Shown: piece after piece, positions 55,671 to 64,000 of the stretch
Layout: the number at the start of each line of letters is the position of its first letter
How positions within the stretch are numbered: the stretch's first letter is position 1
Source: Candidatus Aenigmatarchaeota archaeon
GTDB lineage: Archaea; Aenigmatarchaeota; Aenigmatarchaeia; Aenigmatarchaeales; JACQIB01
Length of the DNA: 64,000 nucleotides
Assembly (NCBI GenBank): GCA_016198755.1
Contig: JACQIB010000004.1
Location: forward strand, 160,001 to 224,000
Direction of reading: 5' to 3'
Made by a program: the position numbers and the translations under genes
Notes under the pieces: generated by a model
Told to the model about the DNA's origin: nothing
Databases searched by the model: none
Seen by the model: only the letters and a program-made list of their open reading frames with translations

Positions 55671-56131
55671 GCCTGTTTAACCTGCTCAGCTAACAAAGGC
55701 TTTTTTCCGCCGAGCAAAACAATTATTTTGTCTGCAAAATCCTTAACTTCACTCTCTCCGGCAGATGTTAGAACTTTCTCACTGTCTTTTGGTATTCCGG
55801 CAGAATTTAACAGGGAAACTGCAGTACCGCTGGCTGCAACAATTTTCCCTGCATCAAAAAAATCCTTTGCCATTTTAACGGCTGCAGGGTTATTTTCCAG
55901 TCCTATAAAACCCGGAGAACAGCCAATAAAAACAACACCATCATACTCGTTTACCCTAACCTCTTCCAGCCTCATGTTAGGTAGATAGCTTTCCCCTTTC
56001 AAAGAAACAAGAGAAGTCTTCTGCGGCCCGCAAACAAGCTGCAGAATACCTGCGGCATCTATAAGCTTGCGCAGCTCAAAGAACTCTGCATCCGGAAACC
56101 CGCGCTGGGGGGTAATTTCTATTATTAGCAT
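55667..56131 (-). CDS. DJ-1/PfpI-like protein lacking the nucleophile Cys
   Basis: GFPDAEF, YDGVVFIG, GKIVAASGTA..L..AGI. Confidence 0.7.
   Translation of the reverse strand: MLIIEITPQRGFPDAEFFELRKLIDAAGILQLVCGPQKTSLVSLKGESYLPNMRLEEVRVNEYDGVVFIGCSPGFIGLENNPAAVKMAKDFFDAGKIVAASGTAVSLLNSAGIPKDSEKVLTSAGESEVKDFADKIIVLLGGKKPLLAEQVKQA
56039..56099 (+). repeat. 61-bp exact direct repeat, copy 1
   Basis: CTGCAGAATACC...CATCCGGAAAC identical to 59766-59826. Confidence 0.92.
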
Positions 56132-56259
56132 TTACCACATTGGAAAAGAAGGTATAAAAAGGTATAGTTAACACTCATTGCTTTATTTACAATCTACTAT
56201 ATTATGATTGGGGGGAGAGTGTGAGAACCTTAAATAGTAGCGTCAAAATATTTATAAAT

Positions 56260-59200
56260 ATGTCAAAAAAACTCTCGCCTGCATCTGTTATCGTTGCTGT
56301 ATTAATTGTTGCCGTTATTTTCCTGACATTTAGTGGGAATATTGTACTACATGCAGTAACTCCGGGACAGAATGTAACAGTCTGCGACGTGATAAATGCA
56401 GCAGGGAACTACTATATGAATGCCAGTATAGGAAATAGCGGTTCTTCCACCTGCGTAGATATAACCCAGGGCAATGTGCTCTTGGACTGCAGGGGATTTG
56501 CAATAGATGGAATCGATACTTCTGGCACAAACGGCATAAGAGCAGCAGCCACCAACAATGTAACAATAACAAACTGCACAGTTTCAGACTGGGGAACAGG
56601 AATAGACCTGTTAGATGTAAAAAACGGGACTGTAACAAATGTTACAGCAAGCTCAAACGGAAACGGTATATATATAGCTACGCTCGGTCCTGGATCACAT
56701 AGCATTTTGGTTGAAAATTCTACTCTGAACTCAAATGTGGATGGTGTACATATAGAATCTGCACATAATGTTACAATAGCCAACAGCACTGTTTTTTCTA
56801 ACACCGGCTATGGAATATATGATTTTGCAGGCAATAACACAACGATATTCAACAATACCATAAGCTTCTCTGCTCTGGATGGAATAGCCATTTTTGCCAA
56901 TATAACAAACATAACAAACAACACAATAAACTCCAACACAAGATACGGCATAAACATAACTACCACATCAGATACAAACGCTAGCATTATGGGTATGAAT
57001 TTTATAAAAAATAACACAAAAGCCGGCATACGTGCCTATGGATACGGTTACTATATAATTAACAACACTCTGCTATCAAATGGATGGGATGGCATAGAAG
57101 CGTATATAAACACTAGTGCTGTATTGAACAATACAATAACCTCAAATTTCTACAGCGGAATTTTTCTCAATGCTTCCTATAACACAACAATACAAAACAA
57201 TACATTGGCCTCTAATTCACAGGCAGGCCTGAATACCACAGACTCTAGGAACAATACAATAAGGGGAAACATTATAAAATCCAATTCCGCGGGCGGGGTT
57301 TTCCTGAACTTCTCTTCTAACAGCAGCATGGAAGGCAATATGATATTTTCCAATTCGGCGTCAGGCATACAATTTATATTCAACAGCACAAACAACACTG
57401 TTGTAAACAATACAATACAGCTTAGCGGCCAGAATGGCATTTATATTTTAGGCAATTCCACGAACAACTCTGTGATAAACACACTGTTGCTACAAAACAG
57501 TATAGATGCCATAAGAATAGAATCTGTTAGCAATTACACAAACATAACAGGCAACTTTATATCAGGCAACAACCGCGGCATTTATATTACAAATACAGGC
57601 GGAACAAGGCTGCATAACAATACTATGAGCTCAGATGGCACCGGAATGTATATACAAAACTCTGGGGGAGTAAACATGACAAACAACAGCATATCCAGTC
57701 TGAATGCAAGATTTGATGTGAGAGGATCTGTTGTTGCCGATTTTGACAACTGGATAGACACCAGCAATAATATAGATTTCAACCCGATATACTACTGGGT
57801 AAGGCAGTATAACCAGACAATGGATTCTGCTACAAATGCTGCCTATATAGCTGTGGTAAGCAGCAGCAACATAACTGTCAGAAATATTAACCTAAAAAAT
57901 AATGCTCAGGGAATTGTATTTGTAAATGCTTCAGATTCCATAATAAACAACACTAACACAACGTCCAGCAGCCAGTATGCGATATATATCCACCTCTCAA
58001 ACAACAATAGTATTGGAAATCTGTCTGCCGGTTCTAACAGCTTAGCTGATGGCATCTATATGTCAAACTCGACAAACAACACTATTAAAAATATAACAAT
58101 AAACAGCAATTCGCGGGGAATGAATATTTATTATTCAAACAATAACACAATTTATAACAATACATTCAACTCTAACTCAGGCACCGGCGTAGACTTGGAA
58201 ACTTCACATAACAACACTGTATCAAACAACACTATACGTTCGGGTGGCGGCCATGGTATAATACTTGGTGGAGCGAGTAACAATACTGTCTCAAAAAATA
58301 TTATCAGCCTTGTTAGAAACAGTGGTATACTTCTGCAGGTCTTCAGCAACGGCAATTATATAATAAACAATACACTTTCGAACAACACGCAGGAAGGGAT
58401 TTTAATGACACAATCCAACAACAATACTGTTAATAACAACACTATATCATCTAATATGCAAAACGGTATATACATAACTGGTGTGAATACTGTCGGACTG
58501 AATAGTATCAACAACAGCATCAACTATAACACCATATTTTACAATGGTAACAACGGAATTTATGCAGATACTGCCAGTGATAATAACAGTTTTACAAACA
58601 GCACGGTCTCCCACAATATCCTGAGTGGCATAAACCTTAGCCAGTCCAGTAATAATACTTTCCACAACATAATTCTCTCCAACAACACTCTATGGGACTT
58701 CTTTTCTGACAGCAATTCCATGAATAACAGCGCAACTTCAATGGCAGTTGGCTCGACAACATTAAGCTTTAGTGGAAGAGATATTGGTTTAAAGAACTCC
58801 AGCTCACCTGCTTCATCCCCTAGCGGATATACAGCTCTTGGCAAGTATGTTAATTTGAGCAATGCTACAACTTCCTCATGGTCTATATTGAACTTTTCCT
58901 ATTCTGACTCTGACATATCGGGCCTGACAGAAGGGAGTGCTATAATAGGTAGATATACTGAAAGTGCATGGGGAACTAATGTTTCTGCTTTTTCCTCGGG
59001 AGTTACAATAAACACTGCAAACAATTACATATATACAAATGTAAGCAACTTCAGCATCTTCGGTGCGTTTGCCCCCACTACTACCACTACTCCGTCTTCC
59101 CCGTCATCTACGAGCAGCGGGGGTGGAGGAGGTGGTGGATACAGCCCTTACGTACCATCTTATGATATAAAAGTGCATGCCAGTGAAACTGTTTTTAAGC

Positions 59201-59733
59201 TGGAAAAGAACCAAAATAAAACAATAACAGTAACTTTGGAAAATAATGGTACAGATAATCTTACAGGCATAATTGTAAGGCTCATTGGGATTAACAATGC
59301 AACATATAGGGTAAATGGGCTGCCTGATTCTCTAAATGTAAATGAAAGTGTTGTCTTCACAATTACATTTACCTCAGCAGAAGAAGCGTACAATGTAAAG
59401 AGATTATTTATAAACACAACGCAGGGTGTGCATACTGAACTGTCCCTTTCAATAACACCTGATGGTGCAACAACAACCCTGCAAAAGCAGTGCTCTGTCT
59501 GCCCTGCTGTCGGGGAATTCGGTATATGTGAAAACTTCAAACAACAACGCACAATATACAAGTGCGGTCCTGATACAGACTATGTTTGCAAAGCAAATAT
59601 AGAGGAAAGTGCATGTATACCACTAACTCCAGAGGAAAGGAAATCTGTTTCTGTTATAGCCATACTATCGATATTCTCTATAGTAATACTATTCAAACTT
59701 AAAGTACACGCTATAAGTTCCTTTGTAAAATAA
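56260..59733 (+). CDS. large Asn-rich right-handed beta-helix (NosD/CASH) surface glycoprotein
   Basis: Many GI.l..s.NNti.nNti repeats, abundant NxS/T sequons, N- and C-terminal TMs. Confidence 0.85.
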   Translation: MSKKLSPASVIVAVLIVAVIFLTFSGNIVLHAVTPGQNVTVCDVINAAGNYYMNASIGNSGSSTCVDITQGNVLLDCRGFAIDGIDTSGTNGIRAAATNNVTITNCTVSDWGTGIDLLDVKNGTVTNVTASSNGNGIYIATLGPGSHSILVENSTLNSNVDGVHIESAHNVTIANSTVFSNTGYGIYDFAGNNTTIFNNTISFSALDGIAIFANITNITNNTINSNTRYGINITTTSDTNASIMGMNFIKNNTKAGIRAYGYGYYIINNTLLSNGWDGIEAYINTSAVLNNTITSNFYSGIFLNASYNTTIQNNTLASNSQAGLNTTDSRNNTIRGNIIKSNSAGGVFLNFSSNSSMEGNMIFSNSASGIQFIFNSTNNTVVNNTIQLSGQNGIYILGNSTNNSVINTLLLQNSIDAIRIESVSNYTNITGNFISGNNRGIYITNTGGTRLHNNTMSSDGTGMYIQNSGGVNMTNNSISSLNARFDVRGSVVADFDNWIDTSNNIDFNPIYYWVRQYNQTMDSATNAAYIAVVSSSNITVRNINLKNNAQGIVFVNASDSIINNTNTTSSSQYAIYIHLSNNNSIGNLSAGSNSLADGIYMSNSTNNTIKNITINSNSRGMNIYYSNNNTIYNNTFNSNSGTGVDLETSHNNTVSNNTIRSGGGHGIILGGASNNTVSKNIISLVRNSGILLQVFSNGNYIINNTLSNNTQEGILMTQSNNNTVNNNTISSNMQNGIYITGVNTVGLNSINNSINYNTIFYNGNNGIYADTASDNNSFTNSTVSHNILSGINLSQSSNNTFHNIILSNNTLWDFFSDSNSMNNSATSMAVGSTTLSFSGRDIGLKNSSSPASSPSGYTALGKYVNLSNATTSSWSILNFSYSDSDISGLTEGSAIIGRYTESAWGTNVSAFSSGVTINTANNYIYTNVSNFSIFGAFAPTTTTTPSSPSSTSSGGGGGGGYSPYVPSYDIKVHASETVFKLEKNQNKTITVTLENNGTDNLTGIIVRLIGINNATYRVNGLPDSLNVNESVVFTITFTSAEEAYNVKRLFINTTQGVHTELSLSITPDGATTTLQKQCSVCPAVGEFGICENFKQQRTIYKCGPDTDYVCKANIEESACIPLTPEERKSVSVIAILSIFSIVILFKLKVHAISSFVK

Positions 59734-59765
59734 TGCTAAAATAACAATCAAAGAATGATATAATA

Positions 59766-59826
59766 CTGCAGAATACCTGCGGCATCTATAAGCTTGCGCA
59801 GCTCAAAGAACTCTGCATCCGGAAAC
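59766..59826 (+). repeat. 61-bp exact direct repeat, copy 2 (intergenic)
   Basis: Identical to 56039-56099. Confidence 0.92.
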
Positions 59827-59865
59827 AAAAGAGTATTTATATGCAGGTTTTGTATAAGTGTATTC

Positions 59866-61056
59866 ATGCCAGAGAAATACCATGTAAAACTGCTTATACT
59901 TGCATTGTCTATATCCATAGCAATTAATCTAGTCAGTGCTTCACATTGGATTTATATTACTAGTGCAGAAATACTAGCTGGCCCCCCAAACTCCACGCTA
60001 GATGTTGAACATATAGTAGACAATAACTTCCATTTGGATTATAGCAATAGCACATGCGTAAACACGCATTTTTATATTGTTGCTCACATAGACGATGACT
60101 TCACTTTTTTGAACCCAGATGAAGCAATAGATTTACAGAAAACAAATGACAATATAGTAATAATGTACCTGACTGCAGGGGACAAGGGAAGCGTATACCC
60201 AGACCCTGCAACAAGCAAGTTTTTTTGGCAGTCAAGGGAACTGGGAGGCCAGAAGGTAATTGAAACTCTTTTAACTGAAGCAAATAAGTCATGGACAAAA
60301 ATAAATGTCACAAGTATTATAGATGTGGGGGGGGCAAACAAAACATTATACAACATAAGATACACATCTGGGAAGAGGAATATCTATGTATACTACTTCA
60401 GGCTTCCTGATGGTTTCCCAAATGGATGCGGCAGGATAAACAACGGGTTCAATTCATTGCAAAAGTTGTATATAGGTGGTAACAATTCTATAGATAGATG
60501 CAGCTCAACTGGAACATATAGCATAAATACAGTAAAATCCTGCGACCCGGAAAGACCAAATGAATACTGCACAACGTGGAAAAAAGAGGAACTTACAACA
60601 GCAATAACCAGCATACTTAACTATAATTCAGCTCCTCAAGCATGCGATAATATAGTAAATATTCCACATCCATTTGAAGATGAATGCTGGGCCCCTAATA
60701 ATAAGCCTTATGCACATGCTGACCATGAATATACAGGCAAATTTGCATTCGATGCCTACAATAACTTTTACAAAAACCATAATAACACTCACTATGCTGC
60801 CTATAGAACTGACACACTTGCATTCGTGCAACGCAATGTCACTAAACGGCAGAGGGATGCTGATTACTTGCTGTTTTGGAATGTTTATGCACCAGAAGTG
60901 CTTAAAAACTGGCCAAAATATGTGGATGATGAGGAGTATAAGAGCAGCGGCAGGATTTTTGAAACCTTCTACCTAAAGCAATGGAAAGCTGTTGATACTG
61001 TTTCATGCAATGCTCTACCATATCCCAATCTGGAAAATAACCCAGTATCAAAATAA
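59866..61056 (+). CDS. secreted PIG-L/LmbE family de-N-acetylase
   Basis: Signal peptide from ATG 59866; VAHIDDD, YLTAGD, RELG, RLPDG, HADH. Confidence 0.8.
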   Translation: MPEKYHVKLLILALSISIAINLVSASHWIYITSAEILAGPPNSTLDVEHIVDNNFHLDYSNSTCVNTHFYIVAHIDDDFTFLNPDEAIDLQKTNDNIVIMYLTAGDKGSVYPDPATSKFFWQSRELGGQKVIETLLTEANKSWTKINVTSIIDVGGANKTLYNIRYTSGKRNIYVYYFRLPDGFPNGCGRINNGFNSLQKLYIGGNNSIDRCSSTGTYSINTVKSCDPERPNEYCTTWKKEELTTAITSILNYNSAPQACDNIVNIPHPFEDECWAPNNKPYAHADHEYTGKFAFDAYNNFYKNHNNTHYAAYRTDTLAFVQRNVTKRQRDADYLLFWNVYAPEVLKNWPKYVDDEEYKSSGRIFETFYLKQWKAVDTVSCNALPYPNLENNPVSK

Positions 61057-61125
61057 CAAAAGATATCCATGGAAGTTATAACTATAATACTTTGGTTTTT
61101 ATACTTAATGCATAAAGCTTCTCTT

Positions 61126-62124
61126 ATGATTGAAATTGATGGAAATGATGCTGGAGGGCAGCTTGTCAGAACCGCTGTTTCTCTGAGCGCCATAACAGGA
61201 AAGGCTTTTAGGATTGTTAACATACGCGGGGCGCGACCCCAGCCTGGACTGAAAGCACAGCATATGGAAGGTATTGGAACTGTGGCAGAACTCTGTTCTG
61301 CAAAAGTTTCGGGGTTGGAGTTAGGCTCAAAAGAGCTGGAATTTATTCCTGGAAAGCTGGAACCAAAAAATTTGGAGGTTAAAATCTCTACAGCAGGTTC
61401 AATTGGATTAGTTTTGCAGTCTCTGTTAATTGATGCAACAAAGTTTGAAAAGCCTATTAATGTTAAGTTTTCAGGCGGTGGAACATGGGGAAAGTGGGCC
61501 CCACCCATGCTTTATCTGGAAAAGGTTTTTCTGCCCTGCTTATGTTCAGGTTTAAAAACAAAAGTTAAGAGAGAAGGTTTCTATCCTCGTGGTGGGGCAG
61601 AAGTAGAGGTTGAAATAACTCCAATTAAAGTAAAATCTATAGAGATTCTGGAGCATGGAAAGCTGCTGGAACTGAATATTTTCTCTGTTGCTGCCCAATT
61701 GGAAGGGAAAAAAGTAGCTGAGAGGCAGGCTGAGGCTGCGCGCAGTTTCCTAGAGGAGAGGATTGGGGTAAAGGTTTCTGTGAAAACAACCTATTCTGCA
61801 GCAGAAAATCCTGGCTCTGGTATTTTGATTGTTGGGAAGTGTGAAAATTCAGTGATTGGAGCTGACTCTATTGGAGAGCTAAATGTTCCAGCAGAGGAGG
61901 TTGGAAAGAGAGCTGGAAAGGATTTTTTTAATGAGTTTGCAAACGGGGCTGTAGACAGGCACTGCGCTGACATGCTTTTGCCCTATATTGCTCTGGCTGG
62001 AAAGGGAAGAATAAAAACATCAGAGATAACCCAGCATATTGTTACCAGCATAGAACTAATAGAAAAGTTTCTGCCTGTAAAGTTTTCGATAGACAGGGAA
62101 AAGAAGATTATTTCTGTGCTATGA
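61126..62124 (+). CDS. rtcA: RNA 3'-terminal phosphate cyclase
   Basis: IEIDG...GGQLVRTA, RPQPGLKAQH, TAGSIGLVLQ, GFYPRGG, VDRHCAD. Confidence 0.93.
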   Translation: MIEIDGNDAGGQLVRTAVSLSAITGKAFRIVNIRGARPQPGLKAQHMEGIGTVAELCSAKVSGLELGSKELEFIPGKLEPKNLEVKISTAGSIGLVLQSLLIDATKFEKPINVKFSGGGTWGKWAPPMLYLEKVFLPCLCSGLKTKVKREGFYPRGGAEVEVEITPIKVKSIEILEHGKLLELNIFSVAAQLEGKKVAERQAEAARSFLEERIGVKVSVKTTYSAAENPGSGILIVGKCENSVIGADSIGELNVPAEEVGKRAGKDFFNEFANGAVDRHCADMLLPYIALAGKGRIKTSEITQHIVTSIELIEKFLPVKFSIDREKKIISVL

Positions 62125-62158
62125 AAGCTATTTAAAGTTTTCTTACTGTTTATTGAAC

Positions 62159-63130
62159 ATGGAACTGTCAAGAGAATTCCAAAGACCTGCAACTGTAAAA
62201 CATTTTATAGGGAAGGACGATATAACAGGCTTACAGGATGCAGTGAGAGGGAGATATGTTGGCATAACGCCTCCTCTCGGTAAACCTAAAACCGGAGCTT
62301 TTGCAATGGGAAGGTTAACAGGAAGAATTAATTCTTGGGAAGGAAATGTGGATTTAGGGCTTACTGATGGCTATCAAATTAGATGGAAAGATGGTAAGTA
62401 CATTATTGAATCTCTTGCATCTGGTGTAAAAGTACCTGAAACTTCTATTCTGTATACAGATAGCACGCTTTACAGGCAGAATACTGCCCGCTTTTTGAGG
62501 GGATATGCTATTGGGAGAAGGTTTAACGAACAAATGGAAAGGGAAGAATTTGGCTGGACTTCAGAAAAAAAGAGAGTGGTTTTCCTTGGAGGAGTACATG
62601 GAGTTGGAAAAGGGACAGCACTCTCTAAAGCAGATACAAAAGGTCTGGTAGTTAAAGGGTTCAGCGATGTAATGAAAGGGCTAATTGCTGGTGAAAGTAA
62701 AGATTCACTTAACAAAAAAAGCTATGAAGAAAGGAGAATAATGGTTGAAGGTGTATACAATATTTTGCTGGATATAGGATCTCCGGGTGTTATTATTGAC
62801 AGCCACTTTACAATGCCTATTAGAGATCCGCAGGGAATTGGAGTTGAAAGATGGGAGGTTGGACTGCCTGCACGCTATATACCGTATGTAACAGATTTTG
62901 TTGTGGTTACAGCTGATGAATCTCAGGTTTATTCCAGAAGGGCTGGAGATCCAGCTGGCAGGAGAATAACAACAAGACATTTAATTTCTGAGGAACTTGC
63001 AAACGAACTAAGCGGCGGAAGAGCAGCTGCAGGCCTTTCAGGCAGGTCACTGGTTGTTGTGGACAATAATCAAACTCCGGAAGAAGCCGGAGCACAGCTA
63101 ACTGAAATATTTGCCTCTGCAGCAGACTAA
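62159..63130 (+). CDS. orphan-family domain fused to archaeal adenylate-kinase-like P-loop domain
   Basis: C-half VVFLGGVHGVGKGT, IIDSH, GLP, RRAGDPAGRR (AdkA-like); N-half GRYVGI...FAMGRL. Confidence 0.7.
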   Translation: MELSREFQRPATVKHFIGKDDITGLQDAVRGRYVGITPPLGKPKTGAFAMGRLTGRINSWEGNVDLGLTDGYQIRWKDGKYIIESLASGVKVPETSILYTDSTLYRQNTARFLRGYAIGRRFNEQMEREEFGWTSEKKRVVFLGGVHGVGKGTALSKADTKGLVVKGFSDVMKGLIAGESKDSLNKKSYEERRIMVEGVYNILLDIGSPGVIIDSHFTMPIRDPQGIGVERWEVGLPARYIPYVTDFVVVTADESQVYSRRAGDPAGRRITTRHLISEELANELSGGRAAAGLSGRSLVVVDNNQTPEEAGAQLTEIFASAAD

Positions 63131-63155
63131 GTTTGGTTTATTTTAGAAAATAGTT

Positions 63156-63339
63156 TGGTGCGGGAGGCAAGATTTTCAGCCCTTTTGGGGTTTGCAAAGA
63201 CCTTTTCGGAAAAGGGATTTGCTTTGAACTTGCGTAGGGACTAACCCACTAGGTTTCTCATGCAGGTCTCTGAGCAACGCCTGCTCCTAAGCTTCGCTTA
63301 AATCATCTAGCGCCTTTGACCTGGCTGGGCCACTCCCGC
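63156..63339 (-). tRNA. tRNA-Leu(TAG) with three introns (30/31: 63293-63306; 37/38: 63255-63285; 59/60: 63173-63222)
   Basis: GCGGGAG/CTCCCGC acceptor, long variable arm; splicing restores CTAGG-CT-TAG-GA-CCTAG and GCAAG-TTCAAAT-CTTGC. Confidence 0.9.
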
Positions 63340-63372
63340 AAGAAAAGTATAGGGCAGAAGGTAATAAAAGCC

Positions 63373-63651
63373 TTACTCAGCCTTTCCAGGAGCCAGTTCT
63401 TCCCCTGTATCCATGTTAATAACCTTAATAACACGCACAGGGCAGCCGTTTGCACCTGCAATAATCCTGTCAATATCATCTGTTTCAATCTCTTTAACCC
63501 ACTTATCTCCTTCTACTGTTAGCTTTGTTCCCTCAACTAAATCAGCTTTAGCTTCATTATCATTCATTGCAAAGTTCTCAGAATCAATGGAAACACATGC
63601 CCAAGCTGCTATGCAGCCTCCTCTATCATACTCTATTCTCAGCTTAACCAT
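63373..63651 (-). CDS. monocluster ferredoxin (likely 3Fe-4S)
   Basis: CIAAWAC...CPVRVI (second Cys replaced by Ala). Confidence 0.85.
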   Translation of the reverse strand: MVKLRIEYDRGGCIAAWACVSIDSENFAMNDNEAKADLVEGTKLTVEGDKWVKEIETDDIDRIIAGANGCPVRVIKVINMDTGEELAPGKAE

Positions 63652-63692
63652 GCGGAAATAAGGGTAGAGAAGGTATAAAAGCGTTTTGCAGC

Positions 63693-64000
63693 TTAGGTTT
63701 TATTCTCTCTCAGCTCTCCCAAAACCTTTTCCAGATCCTGTTTTGTAAGCCCAAATCCTGGTATTCCATTTGCACGGGAGGTTTCTTTCCCTTCATTGAA
63801 AGCTACTATTGTAGGCAAAACGTCGACAGATATTGTATTATATAGGGGGTCATCTGGATCATCCAAAAAACACTGTGAAAACTTCAGGTTAGGATTCTCT
63901 TTTTCAGCCTTTTCAAACAAAGGAAAAAAAACCTTGCAAAAGCCGCACCAGTGTGCTGTAAACAAAACAATTGTTTTTTCTTTTTGCTTTATCTCTGTGC
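63693..64000 (-). CDS. thioredoxin family protein (5'-truncated by window)
   Basis: FTAHWCGFC, VLPT cis-Pro motif. Confidence 0.88.
   Translation of the reverse strand, partial: TEIKQKEKTIVLFTAHWCGFCKVFFPLFEKAEKENPNLKFSQCFLDDPDDPLYNTISVDVLPTIVAFNEGKETSRANGIPGFGLTKQDLEKVLGELRENKT

Noticed and set aside
56400-58740. AAC/AAT-rich periodicity as a DNA tandem repeat or diversity-generating target
   Set aside because: Explained by Asn-rich beta-helix coding; no reverse transcriptase or template/variable repeat pair seen
1-64000. CRISPR array, prophage, integrase or transposase
   Set aside because: No regularly spaced repeats and no cas, integrase, transposase or viral hallmark motifs recognised

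Overview
Chromosomal window from an archaeon, most likely DPANN-type. Evidence: archaeal 16S signature sequences, TATA boxes ~25-30 nt upstream of mostly leaderless starts, a 16S gene not followed by 23S, and many orphan ORFs. The lineage cannot be fixed without a phylogeny. The main signal is a heavy load of bulge-helix-bulge (BHB) type introns. The 16S rRNA gene (minus strand, ~40502-43971) has 8 introns totalling 1987 nt by my count, leaving ~1483 nt of mature rRNA. Two of them flank a 2-nt micro-exon in the decoding region and appear to need ordered splicing. One encodes a LAGLIDADG enzyme and one an unusual HTH + PD-(D/E)XK protein. All four tRNA genes (Asn, Ala, His, Leu) carry introns, 7 in total, and tRNA-Ala and tRNA-Leu share a nearly identical T-loop intron. 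Recognisable protein genes include FtsZ, PolX-PHP, a toxin-antitoxin pair, a type IV pilus/Tad locus, a MacB-type ABC system, a P-type ATPase, RtcA and large surface proteins. Less usual are a eukaryote-type uridine phosphorylase, two propeptide-less proteasome-beta-like paralogs with a shared C-terminal extension, a four-member orphan domain family, and several small ORFs missed by the ORF track. All calls come from reading motifs and base pairing by eye; no searches were run, and E. coli position equivalents are approximate.
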